Shown one piece after another: positions 43,292 through 52,286 of a DNA stretch of 55,861 nucleotides. The DNA comes from Candidatus Uhrbacteria bacterium. Lineage in GTDB: Bacteria; Patescibacteriota; Patescibacteriia; UBA9934; GWF2-40-263. The notes beneath the pieces are model-generated. The model was not told the origin of the DNA. It searched no databases and saw only the letters and a list, made by a program, of their open reading frames with translations. How positions within the stretch are numbered: the stretch's first letter is position 1; every line of letters begins with the position of its first letter. The translations under genes were made by a program, and so were the position numbers. The DNA is taken from assembly GCA_016235605.1 (NCBI GenBank), contig JACRJW010000023.1, positions 1 to 55,861 on the forward strand, read 5' to 3'.

Positions 43292-45391
43292 TTAATCAAA
43301 CCGAATCGTTTGGCCTGATCGGACCGTGCCGGCGCTCGGTGGCGGAGACACAGGCGGAGGGACCGGCACGGGAGCCACTGGGCGTGGTGTTGCGGCAGGT
43401 TCACGGACAACCGCTGGCGGTGCGCTCACTCTACGAGCAGCCTCATCGCCTCCAGTACCCTTCTTTCCACGCCGTCGCCGTTTCTTTTTGTTCGGATCGC
43501 CCTGTGGCTCTTGTGGATGAACTGAGGCAACGAGCGCTGGTTGTGGCGCGGGAGCCACATTCACCTTGCGCGCTTCACGGATTTTCTTGAGGCAGTCCTC
43601 GCAAAAAACAGGACGCGAGCGATCGAGCTTGATGTTTGTCGAAAAATCTTTTTTGCAGTCTGAACAGGTGTACGTTTCGCCTTGTGCGACAGGTTTCTCG
43701 TGGGCGACCTCTTGCTTCACAGGCATAGGAGCTTCTTGTTTGTGAACGACAGGAGCCTCAGACATAGGCGCAGGTTTGGGTGGGACGAGCGCCGCGAGTG
43801 TCACCGCGGGCTCCATAGAAACCTTTTCCACAGGCTTCCCTTCCGTCGGTTTTGGCACGGGAAGAGGCTCAGGCTTTGGCACAAACGGCTTGGATTTTTT
43901 ACCGCCCTTACGTTCCTCACGCACGATCTCAATGCAATCATCACAATAAATCGGTCGTGAACGATCGAGCTCCACGGGCAAAATAACTTCCTTGGCACAA
44001 CGCGAGCATTTGTATTCAAATCGCGGCTTCTTGCTCTCCTTGCTCGCTTTCTTTTTCGCCTCTGCGGCTTCCAAGAGCGTATCCATGTCCGCGCCCTCCA
44101 TGCCGCTCCATTGCAAAATCTTTTCTTCGATCACCCCACGAGGCTGGGCATAACGCTCTCGCGAAACCTTAATGACCTTCTCTTCAGAACCCGTCACCTG
44201 CGCAATCGGCGGCAGGGTGAGAGCAGAAAACGGTTGACTCGTGACTCCGTCGATCAAGAGCTTAATGTACACGTTGTACTTTGGCAGGTTGATGATGTCC
44301 TCGGGCGTGAAGCGCGGCATGAACTCGGTTTCCATGAACGTGGCATCCGGCGAGCCTACACGGAACGTGATAATCGTTCCCACGTTGCCAAACACGGCAT
44401 CGCGCACTTCTTCACTCAACTGCGCCACATATTGATGCGCCATGGTGAGACACAATCGATACTTACGCGCCTCGGACAAGATACTCGCGAACGACTCAAC
44501 GGCAAAATTTTGGAACTCATCCACGTACAGGTAAAAATCCTTGCGCTCTGTCTCGGGAATTTCCACGCGCTCCATGGCCGCCAGCTGCATCTTGGTGATC
44601 AAGAGTCCCCCGAGCAAGCGCGAATTATCTTCCCCGATCCTGCCCTTGGAGAGATTGATGATGAAGATTTTTTCGCTGTCCATGATCTCGCGCACGTTGA
44701 TGGTGGACTTTACTTGCGCCACAATGTTGCGGATGACCACGGCCGACAAAAACTGACCGATCTTATTTTGAATCGGCGCCACGGCTTCCTGCGCGTATTT
44801 TTCGTTATACGAAGCAAACTCCACCAACCAAAACTGTTTCACCACCGGGTCTTTCACGTTGCCGACGATGCGTTTGCGAAAGTCGGCATCGGAAAGCATG
44901 CGGTTGATCCCCAACAGTGTCTGTCCGGGATTGTCCAGAAGCGCCAAAAGGGTGTTGTTCAAAATGTACTCCATGCGGCTGGACCACATGTTTTCCCAAA
45001 TTTTTTGGAACACGCCCATCATGCCTGACACCACCAGATGTTTGTGGCTCTCACTCACGGCTTCCAAAATATTGAACCCGACGGGAAACTCCATGTCCGC
45101 CGGATTGAAATACACGACGTCGTTCATGCGCCAGCTGGGAATGAAGTTGATGAGACGCTCGGCCGTGTCCCCGTGGGGATCAACGTACGCACAGCCGTGG
45201 CCGGCATAGATGTCGGACAAAATCAAATTCTCCAGAAGCACGGTTTTCCCCATGCCTGTTTTCCCAATCACATAAACATGGCGGCGTCGGTCGTCGGTCT
45301 TGATGCCGAACTTCGTCATCTTGTTGCGAAAATTTGTTTTCGCAAAATAGTTGACCTCATGGTCGTGATCGTGGTTGTACGACATACTCAC
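43292..45391 (-). CDS. VirD4/TraD-like coupling-type ATPase with two C-terminal CxxC-x17-CxxC zinc ribbons and a Pro-rich tail
   Basis: Walker A GKTGMGKT, Walker B LYVDEFQNF, MAHQYVAQL. The C-terminus carries CSRCAKEVILPVELDRSRPIYCDDC and CSDCKKDFSTNIKLDRSRPVFCEDC. An alternative start is ATG 45385. Confidence 0.75.
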   Translation of the reverse strand: MSMSYNHDHDHEVNYFAKTNFRNKMTKFGIKTDDRRRHVYVIGKTGMGKTVLLENLILSDIYAGHGCAYVDPHGDTAERLINFIPSWRMNDVVYFNPADMEFPVGFNILEAVSESHKHLVVSGMMGVFQKIWENMWSSRMEYILNNTLLALLDNPGQTLLGINRMLSDADFRKRIVGNVKDPVVKQFWLVEFASYNEKYAQEAVAPIQNKIGQFLSAVVIRNIVAQVKSTINVREIMDSEKIFIINLSKGRIGEDNSRLLGGLLITKMQLAAMERVEIPETERKDFYLYVDEFQNFAVESFASILSEARKYRLCLTMAHQYVAQLSEEVRDAVFGNVGTIITFRVGSPDATFMETEFMPRFTPEDIINLPKYNVYIKLLIDGVTSQPFSALTLPPIAQVTGSEEKVIKVSRERYAQPRGVIEEKILQWSGMEGADMDTLLEAAEAKKKASKESKKPRFEYKCSRCAKEVILPVELDRSRPIYCDDCIEIVREERKGGKKSKPFVPKPEPLPVPKPTEGKPVEKVSMEPAVTLAALVPPKPAPMSEAPVVHKQEAPMPVKQEVAHEKPVAQGETYTCSDCKKDFSTNIKLDRSRPVFCEDCLKKIREARKVNVAPAPQPALVASVHPQEPQGDPNKKKRRRRGKKGTGGDEAARRVSAPPAVVREPAATPRPVAPVPVPPPVSPPPSAGTVRSGQTIRFD

Positions 45392-46980
45392 GTCGGTAAA
45401 TTCGGTGGAACAAACCCCTTGTCTTGTGTCTCTTCCCTCGCGTGGGTCGGCGCGGCAGGATGGGGAAGTGTCTCGTGAAGCGGCTCGTCGGATGCAGGCT
45501 CAGCAATGCCAAATCCTGTTCCGGCCAAGGGACGTTCTTCTTCCTCTGGAGCAAAAATAGCTTCTGCTCCAGGCAAGGACTGCTCGGCAAAGGTGACCGG
45601 AAGCCCTACCGGCGGTTCACCACGCTTGGATTCGCTCTTCTTCACAAGCGGCGCCTTGATATAGACCGCCGGGAAATGCCACAAGGTAGCCAGCTCTTCC
45701 GAGTTCAACACAACGGGCGTGGCGCCGATGGACCAGCTACGGTTCTTAAACGCTTTCATGAGCGTATGTTGTTTTTTGGTATACACCCAGCGCATCCAAA
45801 AATAATCATCCTTGGGCACCTGCGGGATAAACAACGTAAACTTATTCAGGTTTAAATTCGTGTACTGGTTCCAAATGCCCTTCACAATGCCCGTACGCTC
45901 CACTTTGACAAACACGTTCTTTTTTGCCATGTAGATGACCCGGATCTTTGCGCCAAGCCCAACTTTGCTGGCTTTGAGCACGATCGCCTCGGCTTCCTGC
46001 TTTTGCACAGGCGAAATTTTGAACGCCTTCCAAATATCCTTGACCTCTGTCTCTGCCCCGGGAGTCAACAGGCCGCTCAAATCCACGTCGAGCGCTTCTT
46101 TGAGCAGTTCGTTTGGAAGCGTGAGAAGCGACTCACCCGCTGATTCAATCAATCCCTTTTTCTTTTTTTCCTCAACGCCGTAGATCGTATTCACATACTT
46201 GATGCCTTTTTTCATCCAATCGTTGTTTGAGGGCTGGACGACCATCTGTATCCAAAAATGTTCACCCGGACGCATCGTGCCAAGCTGTTCAAGAGTGTAC
46301 CCCAGCGGGTCTTTAATTTCCTGCGAGATCCGATCTTCAAAATCCACATAGGTGCGGATCGGGTACATGGAATCGCGATCGAGTGTCATCTCACCGCCCC
46401 ACATTTCATATTCCGCATCAGGATAATCCATCGGAAAAGGTTTTGTGTAATCTTCAATCTCAGAAATTTGCGCGTCTGGATAATGGGCGTAGATCCCAGC
46501 CTCAATCACATCGCGGAACCTCGTTTGGGTACGGATGACAAATTGGATATATCCTTCCGTGGAAACAATCTCAAACGAAAAAACAGGGTAGAGCTTGCCA
46601 TCCATCCAAATTTCCTTCCACGTAAGGGTGGATTTTGTGCCATACAAGTTGGCGAAAAAATTCTCCATGGCCTTTGGCGTCTGTTCCGTCATCGAAGGGA
46701 CATCCACGGCCAAGTAGGTGTACTTCAACTTGGCCGAATACAGCCTACGCCGGTAGTCCCGCCACACTTCGGTAAACCCCCAGGCGAGCGTCACGGCAAT
46801 CGGCAGCCATCCAAACCAAATCAAGATATCAAAAAGGATCACATCGAGCGGCTGGTCGAAATAGGAACTGGTGTGTGCGACAGCCGTCGTCGCTTGTGCG
46901 ACAATCGGGATCGCAAAGAGTGGAAACATAACCGCAACCATTGTACCAAAAAAATGACCATGCACCCAGTGCATGGTCAT
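45388..46980 (-). CDS. Membrane protein translationally coupled to the VirD4-like ATPase, unknown function
   Basis: 530 aa with N-terminal TM helices and then a large soluble region. 4-nt overlap with the ATPase ORF. Confidence 0.6.
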   Translation of the reverse strand: MTMHWVHGHFFGTMVAVMFPLFAIPIVAQATTAVAHTSSYFDQPLDVILFDILIWFGWLPIAVTLAWGFTEVWRDYRRRLYSAKLKYTYLAVDVPSMTEQTPKAMENFFANLYGTKSTLTWKEIWMDGKLYPVFSFEIVSTEGYIQFVIRTQTRFRDVIEAGIYAHYPDAQISEIEDYTKPFPMDYPDAEYEMWGGEMTLDRDSMYPIRTYVDFEDRISQEIKDPLGYTLEQLGTMRPGEHFWIQMVVQPSNNDWMKKGIKYVNTIYGVEEKKKKGLIESAGESLLTLPNELLKEALDVDLSGLLTPGAETEVKDIWKAFKISPVQKQEAEAIVLKASKVGLGAKIRVIYMAKKNVFVKVERTGIVKGIWNQYTNLNLNKFTLFIPQVPKDDYFWMRWVYTKKQHTLMKAFKNRSWSIGATPVVLNSEELATLWHFPAVYIKAPLVKKSESKRGEPPVGLPVTFAEQSLPGAEAIFAPEEEERPLAGTGFGIAEPASDEPLHETLPHPAAPTHAREETQDKGFVPPNLPT

Positions 46981-47007
46981 CCTGAGCGAAGCGAAGGATC
47001 ACAGAAG

Positions 47008-47907
47008 CTAGGCTCTCTTGATCCACTGCTCCCACGCAACCAGGGCGGGACTTGCAAAGAAAATCGAAGAATAGGTTCCCACCGCAATACCGATGATGAG
47101 CGCCAGGGCAAACGGTCGTGTGGACTCGCCACCGAAGAAAAAGATCGCGGCCAAGGCCAGCAAGGTGGTCAAGGACGTGTTCACAGAACGCACGAAAGTC
47201 TGGCGGATGCTTTTTTCCACAACGACAGGAAAGGCTTCGCCGGTGTGATGCGACAAGTTCTCACGGGTGCGATCAAACACGACAACGGTGTCAGAAATGG
47301 AATACCCAAGAATCGTCAGAATCGCCGCCACAAACCCTGATCCGACTTCCCAATGATAAAAATGGCCGAGAACCGCAAACGCTCCAAGCGGGATGATGAC
47401 ATCATGGGCGGCGCATAACACGGTGATGAGGCCATACTTCCAGGAAGCGATCGGGTCTGAGACTTTCCGGAATGCCCACGAGATGTACAACCCGATCAAC
47501 AACAGTGTCAGTCCCACGCCGATGAGCGATGAGCGCCGCAATTCATTGCCGACGGTCGGACCAATCGAATCAAAACGCAATTCCGTGAACGCCCCAAACG
47601 TCTCTGCCAATTTCAGGAGCGTACTCTGATGGGTCGCCTCGTCCTGCATTTGTGTACGGACAATCAGCTTTTGGTTTTTGTCGGCAGATTGCACAGACAC
47701 GCTCTCAAGGGACGCAAGAGCCTCTTTCACGTCCTGGGTGGAGGGCGCTCCATCGGCAAACTCAAGCTCCATGAGGGAGCCTCCGGTAAAATCCACACCA
47801 AATTTCAGTCCGAAGAGAAAGAGGGCGACAATGCTTGCGACAATCAAGATCGCTGAAAGGACGAACCAGTGTTTCCGCCAACCGACGAAGCTAAATGAAG
47901 TTGTCAT
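47008..47907 (-). CDS. secF: Protein translocase subunit SecF
   Basis: Start set at MTTSFSFVGWRKHWF, 5 nt after the secD stop. Six TM helices, SecF-like. Confidence 0.88.
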   Translation of the reverse strand: MTTSFSFVGWRKHWFVLSAILIVASIVALFLFGLKFGVDFTGGSLMELEFADGAPSTQDVKEALASLESVSVQSADKNQKLIVRTQMQDEATHQSTLLKLAETFGAFTELRFDSIGPTVGNELRRSSLIGVGLTLLLIGLYISWAFRKVSDPIASWKYGLITVLCAAHDVIIPLGAFAVLGHFYHWEVGSGFVAAILTILGYSISDTVVVFDRTRENLSHHTGEAFPVVVEKSIRQTFVRSVNTSLTTLLALAAIFFFGGESTRPFALALIIGIAVGTYSSIFFASPALVAWEQWIKRA

Positions 47908-47911
47908 AAGA

Positions 47912-49978
47912 TTATTTACGTTTGAGACCGTAAAGTGATGGAGCCTGCAGGGCATGGATGCCACGGATATTTTTCATGTAGGTCCGAGTGACCGTGATCG
48001 CCGTGAAGAGTGACAACAGGACGCCCACGGCAAGGGTGAGCGCAAACCCTCTCACAAAACTCGAAGTGAAGCTGTACAGGACACTGGCGGAGATGAGCGT
48101 CGTCAAGTGCCCATCACGGATCGGCGCCCACGCGCGCTTGAAACCTTCATCCATTGACGAGATCAAATCACGGCCGCTTCGAAATTCATCCTTGATGCGT
48201 TCAAAGATAAGCACATTGGCGTCCACCGCGATTCCCAGCGAGAGGATGAGTCCTGCAATTCCTGAAAGCGTAATCGTCACACCGAACAATCGATACGCGG
48301 CCATGTTGAGGACGACGTATAAGATCAGCGCCAGCACAGCCAGCACGCCAGGAAGACGATAGAGCGCAACCATGAACAGCGCCACGAACAAAAATCCCAG
48401 ATAGGCGGCCGTCAAACTTTTGTGCAAAGACGCAAGACCAAGCGTCGGGCCAATCGTTTCCTGTGAGAGCAGGTCCACAGGAACCGGAAGCGCTCCTGCG
48501 TTCAATCTCTGGGCAAGGACTTTTGCTTCTTCCAAGGTGAAGTCGCCTGTGATGACCGCCTTGCCGCCGTAGATGGCCTGTTGGACCGTGGGGGTGGAAA
48601 TTGGCGTGCCATCCAGAAAAATGGCAATAGGCTGACCGACATACTGCTCGGTGAGTTTGCCAAACAGGTCTCCGCCTTCGCTGTTAAACGTGAGCGCGAC
48701 AAACGGGGAACCCGTGTTCTGGTCAAATTGCACCGCCGCGCGTTCAAGGTCTTTGCCAGAAAGCTCAGAGTTCACCCACGGCGAGGCTTCCGGAATGATG
48801 TCGAACGTGTCGGAAAGTTCCATGAGGATCCGCGAAATGGTATACGTCGGGATCGTCCGTTCCTCTTGTTTATAAATCAAGTGATAGCCGAAGTCCGTTT
48901 CAACGATATCAGAAATACCACCGACCGGAAGCGCTGTGGCCGCAAGCCCAAACGCAGGGACATAATTTTCAGCGATCGCAAAACCAAGGTCACCCTTGTT
49001 GGTAGCGGCTGATGGATCTGTGGAGTTCTCAAGGGCAAGCTCTGCAAAATTTTCTGGCGTGGCCTCCTTTTTAAGTTTCCCGATCTGGATAGATGCGTCC
49101 AGTTGTGAAAGGCCGCTCTGGCACCCTGTTTTCCCTTCAAAACAAATGAGGATATGCGAAAGGTGCATCTCCTTTTTGTCTTCCTGGCTCACATATTTGA
49201 ACACGCTCACGCCGTCTTCATTCTCCAGAAGATTCTTGTACAACTGTCCAGGGACCATCCCGCGCTCGATCAAAGCGGCATACTCGGCAAAATAGGAACC
49301 GTCGGTAATCCCAGCGACCACTCCCTTGGTGGTGTCTTTATTTTTCTCAATGCTGTTCTCGGCCACCAACGCATCAAAATCTTCTCCGGCAAGAGCCCGG
49401 TTCAGCACCGAGCGAGCGGCCGTGCGCTCAGCTTCGTTTGCCGTATCAAGTTGCGCTTGCTCCTCAGCCGTCAAATCACGGTCGACTTCCTGTCCTGGTG
49501 TTTTGAACTCAAGCACCGGTGTTTCACCGATCAAGGTGATCGCCTCGGTGACATCGAGCACGCCGGCCAGTTCAATGATGACCCGATACGTCCCGCCCGT
49601 GGTCGTTGTCTGCACGACAGGCTCAGAAACACCAAACGCGTTTACTCGACGTTCAATCACATCGCGCACGCCTTCCAGAGCCTCGTTGCGGTCTCCCTCC
49701 GCTATCTGGCTCATGTCTGCCTCGTAGATGAGGTGCGTGCCCCCTTGCAGGTCAAGACCGAGCTTGAATGGAACCTCAGAAAAGGTCGGCGGCGCCCAGC
49801 CGACCTGAGCCTGGACAAAAGAGACTCCTTTATTCCACACAGACGGAAAATCATAGACTCCCACCACAACGGTAAGCACGAGCAAGAGGATGGCTGTCAT
49901 CCGCATCCCCCAAGGATTTTGTGAACTTTTCTGCATCGCGCGTTTCTTGAGCTTCCACGTTTGCATAGGATCAATCAA
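47912..49978 (-). CDS. secD: Protein translocase subunit SecD with an inserted tandem parvulin-like PPIase module
   Basis: 688 aa. SecD blocks (GLDLQGGTHL, PIAIFLDGTPISTP, the C-terminal 6-TM bundle) flank about 215 aa containing HLSHILICFEG...NKGDLGF...FGYHLIYK. Confidence 0.85.
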   Translation of the reverse strand: MIDPMQTWKLKKRAMQKSSQNPWGMRMTAILLLVLTVVVGVYDFPSVWNKGVSFVQAQVGWAPPTFSEVPFKLGLDLQGGTHLIYEADMSQIAEGDRNEALEGVRDVIERRVNAFGVSEPVVQTTTTGGTYRVIIELAGVLDVTEAITLIGETPVLEFKTPGQEVDRDLTAEEQAQLDTANEAERTAARSVLNRALAGEDFDALVAENSIEKNKDTTKGVVAGITDGSYFAEYAALIERGMVPGQLYKNLLENEDGVSVFKYVSQEDKKEMHLSHILICFEGKTGCQSGLSQLDASIQIGKLKKEATPENFAELALENSTDPSAATNKGDLGFAIAENYVPAFGLAATALPVGGISDIVETDFGYHLIYKQEERTIPTYTISRILMELSDTFDIIPEASPWVNSELSGKDLERAAVQFDQNTGSPFVALTFNSEGGDLFGKLTEQYVGQPIAIFLDGTPISTPTVQQAIYGGKAVITGDFTLEEAKVLAQRLNAGALPVPVDLLSQETIGPTLGLASLHKSLTAAYLGFLFVALFMVALYRLPGVLAVLALILYVVLNMAAYRLFGVTITLSGIAGLILSLGIAVDANVLIFERIKDEFRSGRDLISSMDEGFKRAWAPIRDGHLTTLISASVLYSFTSSFVRGFALTLAVGVLLSLFTAITVTRTYMKNIRGIHALQAPSLYGLKRK

Positions 49979-50040
49979 TCAATAAAATCGTCGCCAGTGT
50001 AAACAACTAGACCAAGGCTGGCAAGTGGACAAACGGCTCC

Positions 50041-51252
50041 TCACTTTTTGCGCGGGACGGTCGCCTCGAGAGTTCCTTGAGCTTTCCCAAACACTTTTTT
50101 GTCAGGCCAATGGTGTCTGGAGCGTAGAAAAAAGAGATGTTTCTCAGACTGTTTGTCCAAATGAACGTCCACACCAGACAAGAACGTGAGACGATCCTCC
50201 AGACCCAAAATCCGCGCCATACCATTCAGCGCCCGAGCATAATTGATTGCGTTCAAAAAATCACTCCCGGCCAGCGTATCCACACGCGTGGACCCAAGAA
50301 GTCGCTGTGCGACGTCTCGCACCCCCGTCCATTCGATATCAGCAAACGGATCGACGATCAAGTACGTCCACTTCCCTTCGTTATTTTTGTACACGCGTAC
50401 ATTCCCCCCTCCAGCAAGATCAAGCATCTTGTCACTCGTCTTTGTAAACGTGATCATGTGTTGGACCATGTCGCGAAGCCTATTTGCTAGATCCTGATCT
50501 TTGTATGAATCTTCAAGAAGTCTGACGGTTCCAACATGCAAAAAGCCATAAAAAAGTCTTGCGTCAAACGGTTCCCTCTCACCGAACGTCATCCGGTTCA
50601 GGCGTTGATACTCATTGAGTGGAATATCAAAACGCTCCACGTATCGAAACCCAAACGAATGCATGTCGTGATTTTCTCCACCTTCTTTTTTGAGCATCCT
50701 CGCACGCTCAGGAATCATCTCTTGATACCGCACGATCGTTGGGACACGGACGGTTGAGGAGGACGCAAGGTCTTTGAGATCTTCCCGCCCAAGAATTTCA
50801 CAAGCGACTTCAGGTGTCACTGGCACCTCTGAAATCACCGTGCGTGTCGGAAGAATCTGGTCAGAGGGAAAAGAACGGAGCAAAGCTTTCATAAAATCTG
50901 CCTCACGATCAAGCACGTCCTCCATCCCGATGGAATCGTCTTCTTGCTCATGCATGGCTTTTGCGCCTTCCTGAATCCTCTCGTCATTGGAAGTGGTGCG
51001 TGGACGCGTTTCCCAACGCGTATAGGCATCACGAAGAAGACCCCGTTTCAAATAATGCATATCAGCCTTTAACACCAGACGTCGATGCGTCCCTTCCCGA
51101 CCTTCTTTTGGACCCACCCGAAACACCACGCTCTCCCCGCCGTGACCGGCGTACTGCAAATCCGCCGGAAGCAGCGGATCGTCCTTGCGCTCCTTTGCAT
51201 ACTTGCCCGCGAGTTCAGGGATCTGTCGGGAGAGAGGAGGATGCTCCGTCAT
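50041..51252 (-). CDS. Orphan protein with protein-kinase-like motifs
   Basis: Start set at MTEHPPLS, 6 nt after the hicA stop. Gly-rich GHGGESVVF, LVLKAD, LDLAGGGNV, LIVDPF. The motif spacing is not canonical. Confidence 0.5.
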   Translation of the reverse strand: MTEHPPLSRQIPELAGKYAKERKDDPLLPADLQYAGHGGESVVFRVGPKEGREGTHRRLVLKADMHYLKRGLLRDAYTRWETRPRTTSNDERIQEGAKAMHEQEDDSIGMEDVLDREADFMKALLRSFPSDQILPTRTVISEVPVTPEVACEILGREDLKDLASSSTVRVPTIVRYQEMIPERARMLKKEGGENHDMHSFGFRYVERFDIPLNEYQRLNRMTFGEREPFDARLFYGFLHVGTVRLLEDSYKDQDLANRLRDMVQHMITFTKTSDKMLDLAGGGNVRVYKNNEGKWTYLIVDPFADIEWTGVRDVAQRLLGSTRVDTLAGSDFLNAINYARALNGMARILGLEDRLTFLSGVDVHLDKQSEKHLFFLRSRHHWPDKKVFGKAQGTLEATVPRKK

Positions 51253-51257
51253 ACGGC

Positions 51258-51473
51258 TTACTCGACAAAATTTTCTTGGCTTAATCCAGACTGACGAAGA
51301 ATTGAACGAAAGGTTCCGTGTGGAACTTCTCTCCCGTGAACGGGTACAATGACGTTGAATGCTGAACGGCCGTTCCTGCGATATTTCATGTGACTTCCGT
51401 TCTGCGAGACAAAATAAAAGCCCTTGTTTCCAAGGACTCTCAAAATACGTTTCAGCCATACCGGCTTAGGCAT
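51258..51473 (-). CDS. hicA: HicA-family mRNA interferase toxin
   Basis: 71 aa, HicA-like (LGNKGFYFVSQNGSHMKY...PVHGREVPHGTFRSILRQ). Confidence 0.8.
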   Translation of the reverse strand: MPKPVWLKRILRVLGNKGFYFVSQNGSHMKYRRNGRSAFNVIVPVHGREVPHGTFRSILRQSGLSQENFVE

Positions 51474-51684
51474 AGCTTACGTGCATCGGGATGATTTCTG
51501 GACGTTCAATTTTTTGGACATTCCTCTTTGGTGCATCTTCAAAATAAAGTTCAAGAGCCTCATCTAAATAAGCGATGACTTCTTTTTTTGTCTTTCCAAA
51601 ACTAGACACATCGATATTCAAGCACTGAGCAACGAAATATTTTCCTTCTTTCCAGACGATTGTTTTGAGATTGAGACGTGTCAT
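51466..51684 (-). CDS. hicB: HicB-like antitoxin (short form without a DNA-binding domain)
   Basis: 72 aa with the HicB N-terminal fold pattern (VWKEGKYFVAQCLNIDVSSFGKTKKEV). 8-nt overlap with hicA. Confidence 0.75.
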   Translation of the reverse strand: MTRLNLKTIVWKEGKYFVAQCLNIDVSSFGKTKKEVIAYLDEALELYFEDAPKRNVQKIERPEIIPMHVSYA

Positions 51685-51714
51685 ATATGGCTAGTATACA
51701 CTGTTTGAAGAGGG

Positions 51715-52282
51715 TCACAACTGAACCTTCTCGATCATCTCCTGCGTCTTCTTTTTTGGCAAACCCATGAGGCTTTCCATCTCGCCGTCAAAATGGACGT
51801 AGGGCAGGAACGATGGGTGCTCAGCCGCAAGGCCGCCAGCCTAGCGAAGCGCTTCGCCAGATTCGACAAACGCGTTCACACGCTCTTGGGGAACGGGATC
51901 CATAGTTAACGGTAACCTCATCGATCGCACTCACTCGTTTGCCGGTTGCTGTGTTGCACACAACCGTACAAGAGGTCGCCGTCTGTGGTTGCGTCGAGAA
52001 CGTCGAGAGAAACGCGTAGGCTTCTTCTTTTGAGCTCGGCTTCTCGCGGACTTTTCCACCCACGACCATCACCTGATCGGAACAAATAACGATCGCTTCG
52101 CTATCGACTTTTTGCAAAACCGCGTCCATCTTTGCCTGCGCAATCAACGAGACGAGTTCTCGTGGATCATCACTTCGGATCGTCTTCTCGTCGATGTCTG
52201 GTGAAATCACCGTGAACGCAAACCCCATGCTCGTGAGCACGGCTTTTCTGCTTGGTGAACCTGAGCCAAGAATGATGGTCAT
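51715..52282 (-). pseudogene. maf: Maf-like nucleotide pyrophosphatase gene with a 1-nt frameshift and an in-frame TAG
   Basis: The N-terminus MTIILGSGSPSRK... is in one frame. The C-terminal homology (QERVNAFVESGEALR*AGGLAAEH...SLMGLP) is in another frame. The TAG is at 51841-51843. Total length is 568 nt, i.e. 189 codons plus 1 nt. Confidence 0.65.
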
Positions 52283-52286
52283 ACAG

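Noticed and set aside
46978-47002. A hairpin, tcatcctgagcgaagcgaaggatca, lies at the secF/membrane-protein junction. In shadow frames it translates to strings such as ILRFAQDD and HPERSEGS, which I recall seeing in spurious ORFs of many genomes.
   Set aside because: There is only one copy in this window and the stem is short with a mismatch. The link to a widespread repeat rests on memory alone and needs a database search.
37452-49924. Long antisense ORFs lie inside conserved genes: 37452-38213 (era), 40325-41029 (mnmA), 44111-45028 (ATPase), 46258-47340, 49154-49924 (secD) and 31338-32009 (murJ/alaS).
   Set aside because: Each is antisense to a gene with unambiguous family motifs, and none shows a recognisable motif of its own.
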